This document shows positions 25,250 through 35,095 of a DNA stretch of 50,633 bases, in pieces (positions within the stretch are counted from its first letter, which is position 1; every line of letters starts with the position of its first letter). Below the pieces are notes generated by a model, which was not told the origin of the DNA, made no database searches, and worked only from the letters and a program-made list of their open reading frames with translations. The position numbers and the translations under genes were made by a program. The stretch comes from Spirochaetota bacterium (GTDB lineage: Bacteria; Spirochaetota; UBA4802; UBA5550): assembly GCA_050298055.1 (NCBI GenBank), contig JBNKTL010000036.1, positions 1-50,633 of the forward strand. Direction: 5' to 3'.

Positions 25250-26413
25250 TCAGCTTCCGGTATCTCCGGCAAAAGACACTCTGCTGAAAAATACATTATA
25301 AAGGATATAAAGAAACATCAGTATGGTGGCCAGGGCAAAGAGGGGATGAAACCATCCCAGGGGCGCCAGGAGGATAACCGTAATCCAGTGGAGGGCGACA
25401 AACCTGAAGAGGTTCAGCTTTATGGGGAAATCATTGGACCTGATGATCACGGAGAGCCCGCTCAGGTTCCATCCGTAGAGCGCGGAAAAGGCGTGAATTT
25501 TTAAGAAAAGCAGGAAAATCATCTTATTGTAAGGGACAAGGTTCAATGACACAAGGAGTTCCCCGGTAATATATCCTATGCCCGTTATAGCGGTAAATAC
25601 CAGGAACCCCATGCCGGAGGTGAGAAAGACCTTCTCCTGGGATTTTACTCCCACCCGGATAAAAACATAAAAGAGCATGACCACCGACAGGAAAAGAATA
25701 ATCGTTACAACCAGTTGAAGAATAAAAATCTCAAAGAGGATAAAGACAAAGAAGATAATCACCCCGGCATTGACAATCCAGAAGCCCATATGCTTGAGAA
25801 GCATGAGAAAGGGGTCCGGATGTTCTTTGAGAAAGGTAAACATCACCGACAGGGTAATCAGGGAGATGGGGAACGAGAAGCCGAGGAAAAAGGTGTTCAG
25901 TGTGAGCTTTTCCATTGCAATAAGCCTGAGATATTCGCTATTCAGTATCACAAGGGCGGATATGAAGAGCGCCATTGAAAGACAGAGAAGCGACGCATGG
26001 TGAAACTTCCTGGCAACGGGGACGTCCCGTGAAAAAAACTCAACAGGGAAAAAGGAGAATTTTCTGATCCTCACGGACTCAACCAGGAGAGAGAGAAAAA
26101 CCGATACGGCAATAGCCGGAAGATAAAACTCCAGGTAGGCAAGAAGCGCATAGATGATTGAGAAAACAAGAAAAGCGGCTCCTTTCCCGGTGAGCCTGTT
26201 TCCCGTTTCCGTATAGATAATAATGAGGGTCCCGCCGCTGCAGAGATTAAAGAGAAATATATGGAGCCGTTCAAAATCATTAATCGTTCCTTCATTCCTG
26301 AAGAGATAGAGGAACCCGAAAACCAGCGCGGACATCATGAGAAGGAAGATGATAATTCGTATTCTTCTGCTCAGAGCAACTCTCCTCTTATCCCCGGGTC
26401 CTTCCCAGTACAA
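25250..26413 (-). CDS. Polytopic (about 12 TM) membrane protein of unknown function
   Basis: Very hydrophobic 387-aa ORF overlapping the 3' end of the upstream gene; start uncertain. Confidence 0.8.
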   Translation of the reverse strand: MYWEGPGDKRRVALSRRIRIIIFLLMMSALVFGFLYLFRNEGTINDFERLHIFLFNLCSGGTLIIIYTETGNRLTGKGAAFLVFSIIYALLAYLEFYLPAIAVSVFLSLLVESVRIRKFSFFPVEFFSRDVPVARKFHHASLLCLSMALFISALVILNSEYLRLIAMEKLTLNTFFLGFSFPISLITLSVMFTFLKEHPDPFLMLLKHMGFWIVNAGVIIFFVFILFEIFILQLVVTIILFLSVVMLFYVFIRVGVKSQEKVFLTSGMGFLVFTAITGIGYITGELLVSLNLVPYNKMIFLLFLKIHAFSALYGWNLSGLSVIIRSNDFPIKLNLFRFVALHWITVILLAPLGWFHPLFALATILMFLYILYNVFFSRVSFAGDTGS

Positions 26414-27785
26414 ATCTCAAAGCATCTTCCAGGTCCGGGTTCCTGAATTCATACCCTGAGTCCTCGAGCTTTGCCGGTCTCACCCGTGTGCTTCCCAGAA
26501 GGACCTCCCTTCCCATCTCTCCGAAAATTGTTTCAATAAGGAACCGGGGGAGAGGAAGATACGCCGGCCTTTTTAAAACCCGGGAGAGTATCCGGGTAAA
26601 CTCCCTGTTTGTCACAGGTCCCGGCGTTACCAGGTTCACCGGGCCGCTGATCCTTTCATGGGAGATGAGGTGAAGGAGAGCGCCGAGAACATCATCAAGG
26701 GTGAGCCAGCTCATATACTGTTCCCCGGTCCCTATCCTGCCGCCGGCGCCCATGCTGAAGGGAAGAAGGAGCTTTTTTAAAGCACCACCCGCCGGGGAGA
26801 GGACAACACCCAGCCTGATGAAGAGCGTTCGTATTCCTCTTTTTACAGCCGGCGCTGCTGCTTCCTCCCACCCGGTGCAGACCTCCGGTACGAACCCGCT
26901 CCCCGGCCCCGATTCTTCCGTGAGGATTTCATCTCCCCTGTGGCCGTAATATCCCATGGCCGACGCGGAGATGAAGACTCCGGGAGGTTTTTTTACACCG
27001 GCGCAGGTTTCCGCCATAAGGGATGTGGGGACCATCCTGCTCTCAATTATCAGTTTTTTCTTTTTCCCGGTCCAGCGCCCCTGACCGATGTTATCTCCCG
27101 AAAGATGGATCACCACATCGGCACCATTAATGACATCTTTATCGATGATTTTTTCATAGGGGTCCCAGTACGACTGGTTTTTCCCCGGAACGGGTTTTCT
27201 CCTCACAAGCCGGGTCACATGATGCCCTCCCGTTGTGAGAAAGGGAACAAGGGCCGAGCCGATAAGTCCGCTTGAACCGGAGATCACAATCTTCAGGGGA
27301 TGTTTTATACCCGAGACCGCATGGCTTTTGAGGTCGCCCCTGATAAGCCTGTGGCGGTATCCGAAAATCCTTTCAAGCTTTTTGTTTATATTCATAAAGG
27401 GAAGATTATTGAGCAATCCAGTGAAGGGAAGCCTGTATTCAATCCTGTCGGTAAGCCGGGAACTCCTTTTATCAACTGTTTCAAACAGGTGTTTGTGCCT
27501 CCACAGGGTAAAGGGCCCCTCAAGCTGCTCATCTGTAAATGACTTATTATCATTGAGTTCTTTATGCTCTGCCAGCCACCTGTAGGAGACGGGGCCCGCC
27601 TTCATCCTGAGAAGGACCCTGCTCCCCGGATCGATGCTTCCATCACTCTCCAGCACCTCTACCGGGTCCCAGGGAGGGCTGCACCTCTCCAGTGCCCCGG
27701 GGTTCCGGTGCCAGTTGAAGAGGTCCTTCACCGGAACATTAACAAGGGAACTCTTCTCAAATATATCGGCCTTTTTTCTGCTCAT
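26388..27785 (-). CDS. SRPBCC domain fused to TIGR01777/YfcH-family NAD-dependent epimerase
   Basis: N-terminal FNWHRNPGALER, FTDEQLEGPFTLWRHKHLF; then ISGSSGLIG, SASAMGYYG, GTGEQYMSW, GPVNLVTP; likely start MSRKK at 27785. Confidence 0.9.
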   Translation of the reverse strand: MSRKKADIFEKSSLVNVPVKDLFNWHRNPGALERCSPPWDPVEVLESDGSIDPGSRVLLRMKAGPVSYRWLAEHKELNDNKSFTDEQLEGPFTLWRHKHLFETVDKRSSRLTDRIEYRLPFTGLLNNLPFMNINKKLERIFGYRHRLIRGDLKSHAVSGIKHPLKIVISGSSGLIGSALVPFLTTGGHHVTRLVRRKPVPGKNQSYWDPYEKIIDKDVINGADVVIHLSGDNIGQGRWTGKKKKLIIESRMVPTSLMAETCAGVKKPPGVFISASAMGYYGHRGDEILTEESGPGSGFVPEVCTGWEEAAAPAVKRGIRTLFIRLGVVLSPAGGALKKLLLPFSMGAGGRIGTGEQYMSWLTLDDVLGALLHLISHERISGPVNLVTPGPVTNREFTRILSRVLKRPAYLPLPRFLIETIFGEMGREVLLGSTRVRPAKLEDSGYEFRNPDLEDALRFVLGRTRG

Positions 27786-28109
27786 ATCATTACCGCGCTT
27801 ATTATTAACTACACAAAAATCCCCTTCCCTGTCCATTACATTTTCCCGCAGTGAGAAAGAAAAAGTCCCGGCTCCTTTTTTAAAGAACCAACGATCATAT
27901 TATTCTTGACTTTTCTCAATGAATAGTCCAGGTTTTCATAACAGTCGATGTGTATTCTTTCCTGCGATTATTTTTTCATCTTTTTTAAAAGACGAAACTT
28001 TTTTCCGTTTTATTATAATAATCAAAAAGTACACTGCAGGCTGATTTTTCTAAAAATAATACAATACTCTGAAATCTCAATTTATTCATTTAAATTGCGA
28101 GAGGATAAA

Positions 28110-28970
28110 ATGAAACAACGGATTATTTCATTAGTGGCAATACTGCTTTTGCTTATCAATATTCATTCCTCATACGGGAAAATGTCCGGTAATAAAGAAG
28201 TGCCGAAAGCCGGAGTTTACACCAGCCTGGAAAAAGCTCTCAAGGAGCCTGAAAGTGTTTACAAGCTTGACCTCTCCTACCTGAAATTAAAAACAGTACC
28301 CGAAGAATTCGGACAGCTCAAAAACCTCGAATATCTCAAATTGTCCGACACCCTTCTGACGACACTCCCCGGAGAGATCGGGCAGCTTAAAAAGCTCCGA
28401 CATCTCATCCTGTCCGGCAACATGCTGGAGACACTGCCCAAAGAAATTGGAAAGCTAAAAAACCTGAAAAAACTTGACCTCTCCGGGAACAGGTTAAAGA
28501 ATTTCCCGGTTGAATTCGGAGAGTTGAAAAAGCTCACAGAACTCCGCCTCACTTCCTGTAATCTGAAAACCGTACCGGAGGAAATTTTAAAAATTAAAAA
28601 CCTGAGGATACTTGACTTAAGCTACAACCGGATAAACAGACTTCCGGAGAAAATCGGGCAGCTGAAAAATCTCACATGGCTCCAGCTGGAGGAAAACCGG
28701 CTTATGTGGCTGCCGGCGGGGATCGGGCAACTTGATAAGCTTCGGGAACTTTACCTGGGCGATAACCGGTTAAAAAAATTGCCGGAGGGAATAGGGCAGC
28801 TCAACAGTCTGCAGAAGCTTGAGTTAGCCGGCAACAGACTGGAAACGCTGCCCGGTGAAATGGGACAACTGAAAAACCTGAAAGACCTCCGTTTGTATAA
28901 TAATCCGTTGCCCGAAAAAGAGAAATTAAAAATAAAGCTGCTGCTGTCTCACTGCAAAGTCTTCTATTAA
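28110..28970 (+). CDS. Secreted leucine-rich repeat protein (23-aa repeats, Leptospira type)
   Basis: GAGG RBS and signal peptide; cap GVYTSLEKALKEPESVYKLDLS; about 9-10 LPxEIGQLKNLxxLxLxxNxLxT repeats. Confidence 0.92.
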   Translation: MKQRIISLVAILLLLINIHSSYGKMSGNKEVPKAGVYTSLEKALKEPESVYKLDLSYLKLKTVPEEFGQLKNLEYLKLSDTLLTTLPGEIGQLKKLRHLILSGNMLETLPKEIGKLKNLKKLDLSGNRLKNFPVEFGELKKLTELRLTSCNLKTVPEEILKIKNLRILDLSYNRINRLPEKIGQLKNLTWLQLEENRLMWLPAGIGQLDKLRELYLGDNRLKKLPEGIGQLNSLQKLELAGNRLETLPGEMGQLKNLKDLRLYNNPLPEKEKLKIKLLLSHCKVFY

Positions 28971-29031
28971 TGTAATAGAAAAAGATATTTTATTGAGTGT
29001 GTTTTCCCTGTTATTCATTTTTGGAGGAAAA

Positions 29032-30141
29032 TTGAAAAAGTTTGAAATTTTATTGTTTTTTATTCTTCTGTTCCCAGGACTTTTTTGCAGAGTTCAGGGG
29101 ACAAGTACGCAAACAGGAGATGATGCAATAACTCTTCCTGCGCCGGGCACTCTTATGGTAGACTCTGTTGCAGGTGACAGCATCACACTGCAATGGGTTG
29201 ATAATACAGATAATGAAGATACATTTGTTCTTGAGCGGGACACACTGCCGGGTTTCATCAATCCAACTGAAATGATAATCAACGCCAATGAAACAACTTA
29301 TACGGACGCCCCTCCCCCGGGGAATATCTATTTTTATAGAATTAAGGCTGTGAACAGCAACTCCCGTTCCGCTTACTCCAATACAATCTACCAGGTTTTT
29401 CACCTGAATATAAAAATTACATTTGATTTTGGAATAAATGACAGTGGTTATAATAATATTTATACCATATGGGCTGAAAATCCCGCGCACTCATATCATC
29501 AGCCCATGCGTCTTGGCGATAAGCTGCTCGGTTTACATCCGGAGGACAGGGAAGAAGGTGATACAACCATACAAATATCTGGTGTTGGCACGGCATACTG
29601 GCAATATAAATATAATATGTTTATCGCTGTTGATGTTGATACAAACACAGAGCTGGGCCGTGATATCGATGCGGTATCATCCGCAACCCCCCAACAGACA
29701 GATGATCCTGATGGCGACGGTCCCCTTAACGCAGGAGATTTTATCACCGGGGCAACATTAAAAACATCAACACCGGCCCAATTTACCTTATATTTTGAAT
29801 ATAACCATTCACGGGATTATAATGAGTGGTTTCCCGAAGGAATAAATGCTTCCGGCCAGCCGGCAGCCCTTTACGCCGTTGATATTGATTTAGCCGATCC
29901 GAAAAATGCTTATCAGCTTGTATTTATCGGCTGGACACCCCGGTATGAGATTACCCCGGGAATGAGCGTCACTTATGGTTTACCCATACTCTCCCCGGGA
30001 GAGCTCTGCAGAGAGACCCGGTACATAACCCATGAAAAAGACGAGGGCCCTCCCGTTGGATTTGGAGCGGAAATCACGGATAACACAAATGCCACGGCAA
30101 GCGTGGGACCGGGCGGCATAAAGCTTGAGATTTTGAGATAA
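29032..30141 (+). CDS. Probable lipoprotein with an FN3 domain and a DUF2271-like C-terminal domain
   Basis: GGAGG then TTG at 29032; PGLF-C lipobox-like; FN3 (ITLQWVDNTDNEDTFVLER...YFYRIKAVN...SAYSN); YTIWAEN, DAVSSAT, QPAALY. Confidence 0.75.
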   Translation: MKKFEILLFFILLFPGLFCRVQGTSTQTGDDAITLPAPGTLMVDSVAGDSITLQWVDNTDNEDTFVLERDTLPGFINPTEMIINANETTYTDAPPPGNIYFYRIKAVNSNSRSAYSNTIYQVFHLNIKITFDFGINDSGYNNIYTIWAENPAHSYHQPMRLGDKLLGLHPEDREEGDTTIQISGVGTAYWQYKYNMFIAVDVDTNTELGRDIDAVSSATPQQTDDPDGDGPLNAGDFITGATLKTSTPAQFTLYFEYNHSRDYNEWFPEGINASGQPAALYAVDIDLADPKNAYQLVFIGWTPRYEITPGMSVTYGLPILSPGELCRETRYITHEKDEGPPVGFGAEITDNTNATASVGPGGIKLEILR

Positions 30142-30156
30142 TTTTTACGGATACCG

Positions 30157-30966
30157 TTACAGGTTATAAGCGGGGCGGATCTTTATAAAACCGTCATGCC
30201 CGGTGTCGGGACTCCGGTATGCCGAGAGCATTGTCAGCCATTCCCCAACATTCTGCCAGGGCCAGACTTCCGCAGATCCTCCGCGAACCACACGGGATAT
30301 TTTTCCCGCACTCCGGTCCGATCCGCCGGGAGCGGTGTTATCATAACCGGCCTTCCAACTGTCACTGCAGAGTTCCCCAAACTCTCCCATCCCTTCAAAC
30401 CCGAACGGGTTCTTCGGCACAAGGGGTGACTCGGGGGGATTCACTCCCCAGGGAAAGGGAGTATCGGACCCGGCCCTGTAAACATATTCCCACTCTGATT
30501 CCGTGGGAAGACGAAGCCCTGTATCCTCAAGGGCCGCAACAACCTCTTCGGAAACATTTAATGTGAGGCACTCATCCATATCGCCTGTTTGGGATGGAGC
30601 GCTTTCACCGAGCAGATCCCTAATCTGTGTATGAGTAAGGGGATGTACCGCCAGAAGAAAAGATTCAATAGGCACAATGGTCACCGGACGAAAAGCGTCC
30701 AGAGATTCCAGGAAAAGAAGACCTGCCTCCGAATCAAGGTTATTCTCAAGTGATAAATAATCCCGCAGGGCTTCCTCTTCTTCCCCGGAAAACCCTCTTT
30801 GAAATTTTCCTTCACGGACAAATTGGAAAATAATTGAAGTGGTGAGATGCAGATAAGCAGCCGTTTTACGTCCCCCCGGAAGTTTTTTGCGGGAAACTGT
30901 TTCAAAACCGGGTATCTCTCCGGGCGGGTTCATAGGGGGAATTCTCCGGTACTTTTCATGACTCAT
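30157..30966 (-). CDS. Formylglycine-generating enzyme (FGE/SUMF1)-fold protein
   Basis: GLRLPTESEWEYVYRAG, FPWG, NPFGFEGMG, ELCSD, RVVRGGS. Confidence 0.85.
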   Translation of the reverse strand: MSHEKYRRIPPMNPPGEIPGFETVSRKKLPGGRKTAAYLHLTTSIIFQFVREGKFQRGFSGEEEEALRDYLSLENNLDSEAGLLFLESLDAFRPVTIVPIESFLLAVHPLTHTQIRDLLGESAPSQTGDMDECLTLNVSEEVVAALEDTGLRLPTESEWEYVYRAGSDTPFPWGVNPPESPLVPKNPFGFEGMGEFGELCSDSWKAGYDNTAPGGSDRSAGKISRVVRGGSAEVWPWQNVGEWLTMLSAYRSPDTGHDGFIKIRPAYNL

Positions 30967-30980
30967 ATTAATGATGAGTG

Positions 30981-32207
30981 TTAATCTTTTGCTTTCTTTT
31001 TTTTAGCTCTTGGTTTGAAAGGGCCTCCCTTCCAGCCTTTATTTTCCATTGTATACATCTCCTCTTCGGCAATGATTTCCAGTGTATTGCGAATGATTTC
31101 AACATCACTCCCCTTTGATTTTTCATCAAGGGAATCGATCAACTCACAGATCAGGGATGAACGGGGGCTTGGATCGTCGTCTCCTTCATAAAATGTGGCA
31201 TAGATCATAGTGGTGGCATCGCGGCCCAGCTCAATGATCTCCTTATCAGAAAGCGCCTTCCTGACGGAACTTTTAAGAGACTCCGTATCCACTTCTCCCG
31301 CAGAGAGAAGCCGGAACCACTTCCAGAGGGGATATTGCTTTAATTCCCCACTCAGTTTATGTCTGAGTTCATAATCGAGCATACCCGGTTTCTCTAGATT
31401 CAGGTAGCGGCGCCATGAGGGCCGGCTCCAGTCCCATTTCGGCATGACAAAATCAAATCCGTGACTTCTCAACATTCTGAGATTCAGTTTATTTTTTATA
31501 CCAAATAAGAGCACCCGGACCTGCCCCTCACTCAGCTCTGAGAGGACCGGTGTATCTTCCTCCCTGCTTTTAAAGGGCGCAAACACCCGCTCCACCAGTC
31601 TTTGCCAGGGCCAGTTAACTTCCACACTCCAGCCGCCGTTTTTTTTCCTGGGATGGGCCTTCAAAAGATCTTCAATTTCACCCAGGAGATCTCCGGCATC
31701 AATGTTTACAAGACCGGGAAGTATAAATTCACTGATTTCACCAAGGTTGCCGTTGTTCCAGGGTAAGGCTTTGGGATCTTTTTTCAGTGAGATATTGGTT
31801 TTTAAAAGATCTATCATTTCCTGGCTTATCCACGCAGGCCGTGTCCATGCCAGGGAGATGATTGCCGCAATGCGTACCGGGAGCGGGGGAGTACGGGGAC
31901 TTTCGCTGTTACACCCTGTGAGTTTTTCCATTAATTCCACATTGTCATAATCCCGGTTTCTTCCATTGACAGCGCCAAGTGCCAGCAATGCCCCTGCCTT
32001 TGTATCTTCATTCTTTTCTTTTTTTATTAATTTTATAAGGAGAGAGGAAAGCTTTTCCGGGTGTTCGGGAAGCATGGCCAGCATAAATGCTGCCCGGGCC
32101 CTGTTTGCGTCATCCGCGGATGCGAGATCATCCATCCAGTTTGTTACGACAGATTCATCGGAGTTTTTGTGGGAAGACGGATCATATCCTTTAATTTTCT
32201 CAAACAT
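30981..32207 (-). CDS. Hypothetical protein with N-terminal HEAT-like repeats
   Basis: 408 aa, GGAGGAGG RBS; RARAAFMLAML, KAGALLALGAV, VRIAAIISLAW. Confidence 0.75.
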   Translation of the reverse strand: MFEKIKGYDPSSHKNSDESVVTNWMDDLASADDANRARAAFMLAMLPEHPEKLSSLLIKLIKKEKNEDTKAGALLALGAVNGRNRDYDNVELMEKLTGCNSESPRTPPLPVRIAAIISLAWTRPAWISQEMIDLLKTNISLKKDPKALPWNNGNLGEISEFILPGLVNIDAGDLLGEIEDLLKAHPRKKNGGWSVEVNWPWQRLVERVFAPFKSREEDTPVLSELSEGQVRVLLFGIKNKLNLRMLRSHGFDFVMPKWDWSRPSWRRYLNLEKPGMLDYELRHKLSGELKQYPLWKWFRLLSAGEVDTESLKSSVRKALSDKEIIELGRDATTMIYATFYEGDDDPSPRSSLICELIDSLDEKSKGSDVEIIRNTLEIIAEEEMYTMENKGWKGGPFKPRAKKKKAKD

Positions 32208-32289
32208 ATTTCCTCCTCCTTACAAGGATTATATTTTGAAAAAAACGGGCATCTATTCCATAAAATCCTTCTTTACGGTATACAGAAAG

Positions 32290-33885
32290 TTAAATCAACC
32301 CGGTTACACTGGCATCACGGGGATACTCCACGCTGAAAATAAAGGGAAATTTCACCTCTTCACCCGGTTTGAGTTTAAAGTACCATTCCAGGAAACGGTC
32401 TTCATTCATTTTTAAAGAAGGGGAATCACTCTTATAAACAGGATCGATAAGGTCGATCTTAATCTCTTCGTTCTGTGAGACAGGGATCTGGTCCCAGATG
32501 ACAATCTCTTCCTCTCTTTTCTTTTTATTTTTCAGAACGAAAAGATATTCATATCTCTGTTTGCTGACCTTGCTGATAATTCCTTCCGTGACTTTGAATT
32601 TTTTGATAAATTTCCGTTCAACCGAGATGCTTTCATCGATACCCAGGAAGGTCCAGAATTCTTCCGTGGGGGCAACAAGTTCCAGCCGGGAGTTTGCCAC
32701 AAAGTTCCCGTCAAGGAAAACGTTTGTCTCTCCCGGAAGAAAGGGGAAATCAGTGGTATTTGTAACCTTTGCCTTCAGATAAGCATAGGGGGACATTTTC
32801 GGGACAGCGGAGTACCTGAATTCCGCGGGAAAATCATGGATCAATATCGTGACTTTATAGGGCTGGTTGTCGCTTTTAATTGTATTTGTGCCGTTTACGG
32901 TAAAAAAAGCGGAAGTGACTCCCGTTTCAACACTTGCTTCCGGGGGTTCCAACTCTTCCAGTGTTCGATCTCCCTCTAATTCTCCTGCCGGTGCCGGTTC
33001 AAACATCTGGGACATCACTGAGGATTTTGCGGGCGCCATTCTCTGGCTTTGGACCGGCGGAGGAGAGAGTACAGGCTGATAGAGCGACAGGTACCAGGGG
33101 GCAAGTTCGGGCTGCTGTCCGCTGATATTGGGCCTGGCCGTGGAGAGGGTTATCCTGATATTATCCCAATCCTCTGAAGTATTTTGATAAATCAGGGCAT
33201 TGTAGCTTATGGTCATTTTTTTCTCATCTGAGGAAACGGAAAGATTATAAACCGGCACCCATGAAGGACCGTATACCATATACGACAGGTCAAGGCGCAA
33301 TTTTCCCGTTTCCTTCATTTCAATTTTTATTTCTGCCTGGTTTTTCTGCTTCCGGTTTCTCCCGGCGATCTCACTGATCTCATTCCGTATTTTATTCAGC
33401 TTCTTCTCTTCCGTGATCTTTTCTTTTTCAGCCGCACGGATCTCCTTGTCCAGGGCATTGAGCCTGCTGCGGTAAAATTCAACCAGGCTCATCCAGTTCT
33501 GGGGATCAACCTCCTGTGTCTGATTTTCACTACCCGGTGTGGTAACATATTCCGCAATTTTCTCAACAAATGCCTTCTCCTTCACGGAGTGGCTTATGAG
33601 GTCATCGATCTCATTGATTCTGTCCTTAATATCCGCTTCCTCCGTATAGAGCTTTTCAAGATCGGAATCGGGATGTTCTTCAAAGTAAAGAGTTTTAAAC
33701 TTTACGTCCCTTAAAACAGCATTACTGCTCCCTTTGACCTGGATGCTGTTCTGCTCCAGGTTATCCGGCAGCATGTCAAAGATGATAGTGTGTTCGCCGC
33801 TTTCCAGTTGGTTTTCCGTACTCCGTGTAACTTCAGCGCGGTCATTATATACGGTTACTTTCGTTATTCGGGATTTAACGTTCAT
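32290..33885 (-). CDS. DUF4140/DUF4139 (MuiA-like) protein
   Basis: ITKVTVYNDRAEVTR, coiled coil, LSYMV..PSWVPVYNL, QNTSEDW..LSTARP, LPGETNVFLDGNFV, DQIPVS. Confidence 0.9.
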   Translation of the reverse strand: MNVKSRITKVTVYNDRAEVTRSTENQLESGEHTIIFDMLPDNLEQNSIQVKGSSNAVLRDVKFKTLYFEEHPDSDLEKLYTEEADIKDRINEIDDLISHSVKEKAFVEKIAEYVTTPGSENQTQEVDPQNWMSLVEFYRSRLNALDKEIRAAEKEKITEEKKLNKIRNEISEIAGRNRKQKNQAEIKIEMKETGKLRLDLSYMVYGPSWVPVYNLSVSSDEKKMTISYNALIYQNTSEDWDNIRITLSTARPNISGQQPELAPWYLSLYQPVLSPPPVQSQRMAPAKSSVMSQMFEPAPAGELEGDRTLEELEPPEASVETGVTSAFFTVNGTNTIKSDNQPYKVTILIHDFPAEFRYSAVPKMSPYAYLKAKVTNTTDFPFLPGETNVFLDGNFVANSRLELVAPTEEFWTFLGIDESISVERKFIKKFKVTEGIISKVSKQRYEYLFVLKNKKKREEEIVIWDQIPVSQNEEIKIDLIDPVYKSDSPSLKMNEDRFLEWYFKLKPGEEVKFPFIFSVEYPRDASVTGLI

Positions 33886-34183
33886 TCATTAACCTGCCTT
33901 TTATTCAAAGAGAGTATTATTTCTCCTGCAGAAATATTTACCTTTGACAATCTCATTGGATAAATATGGGAAAAAGCATAAAGATAAATAACAGGAATAT
34001 GAAAAATAGCTTACAATAATTGCCCTGTCAACAGAATTTTTCTCTTGATGCATTATGATTTACTCCGTCAACAGGAATTATTGCTCTCTCGCAAATAGAA
34101 TCTTGACACTTGGATGGAAGGGATTAGATTTGCTCATTAATAGATATTGCTCAATAATAAAATATCCGCAACAGAAAAAAATC

Positions 34184-35095
34184 ATGAACTGCCTTAACTG
34201 CCACAACAAGCTCTGTAAATCGGAGGGGAAGGACTGCACCGGCCTCAGGGAGGAGACCGTGGCAATCTACTCTGATCCCGAAAACAGGACCACCTACAGG
34301 GACGCCGACAGGCTGGTAGCCGGGGGCAGGGCGGGGAGACTTTCACGGCTGGGGGAGATAGCCGAGTTCTGCAAATACAGAGAATACCGCCGGATCGGGA
34401 TCGCCTACTGCTTCGCCATGGAAGACCTTGCCCGCGAAACAAAGGAGTTCCTGGAAAAGACGGGATTAAAGGTCAGTTCCTACAGGTGCACCCTGGAGGG
34501 GATACGGGAGGAGGAGATCCATGAAAGCATGGGAGGGGGTGTAAACTGTAATCCCATCGGCCAGGCCCGAACAATCGAGAGAGAAGGCGTTGAACTTGTG
34601 GTGGAGATGGGACTCTGTCTCGGTCACGATATCCTCTTCCACAAGCATCTTACGGTCCCCCATACGGTCTTTGTTGTCAAGGACAGGGTCTATAACCACA
34701 ACCCGGCCCGGGCCCTGGGTTCATACTCCGGTCTTTCCGATTCCTTTCTTCAAAACATGGACTCAAAGTTCAGGACAAAGACGCCGGAGTGGCTGGCAGG
34801 AGAGCTGGATAAAGGGAAGCTCCTGGTCCTGGATGTGAGGGAGAGGGGCGCCTTTGAAAAAGAAGGGATACGGGACAGCATAAATATCCCCCTCACCGAG
34901 CTCCCCGAAAGATACACCGGGATTCCGGAAGAAAAAAGACCGGGGCCGGTCATCTGTGTCTGCAACGGCAGCGTCCAGTCCGCCTACGCGGCGGCATACC
35001 TCTTTACAAGGGGGTTCCGGGAGCCGTATATCCTCTCCGGGGGGCTCTCCCGGTTCAAAAAGGAATTTCCCGGGAGAATCAGGGGGGAGAAATGA
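34184..35095 (+). CDS. DUF1847 Cys-rich domain fused to a rhodanese domain
   Basis: MNCLNC..C..C, RIGIAYC, CNPIGQA, GLCLGHDILF, VKDRVYNHNP; then VLDVRE...SINIPL...VCNGSVQS...LSGG. Confidence 0.85.
   Translation: MNCLNCHNKLCKSEGKDCTGLREETVAIYSDPENRTTYRDADRLVAGGRAGRLSRLGEIAEFCKYREYRRIGIAYCFAMEDLARETKEFLEKTGLKVSSYRCTLEGIREEEIHESMGGGVNCNPIGQARTIEREGVELVVEMGLCLGHDILFHKHLTVPHTVFVVKDRVYNHNPARALGSYSGLSDSFLQNMDSKFRTKTPEWLAGELDKGKLLVLDVRERGAFEKEGIRDSINIPLTELPERYTGIPEEKRPGPVICVCNGSVQSAYAAAYLFTRGFREPYILSGGLSRFKKEFPGRIRGEK

Noticed and set aside
30157..30966. FGE-fold gene as a diversity-generating retroelement target
   Set aside because: No reverse transcriptase and no adenine-variant template repeat of its 3' end seen in the window
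34025..34080. Repeat GTCAACAG(G)AATT x2
   Set aside because: Adequately explained as minus-strand TTGAC -35-like boxes for the DUF4139 gene; too short to support more
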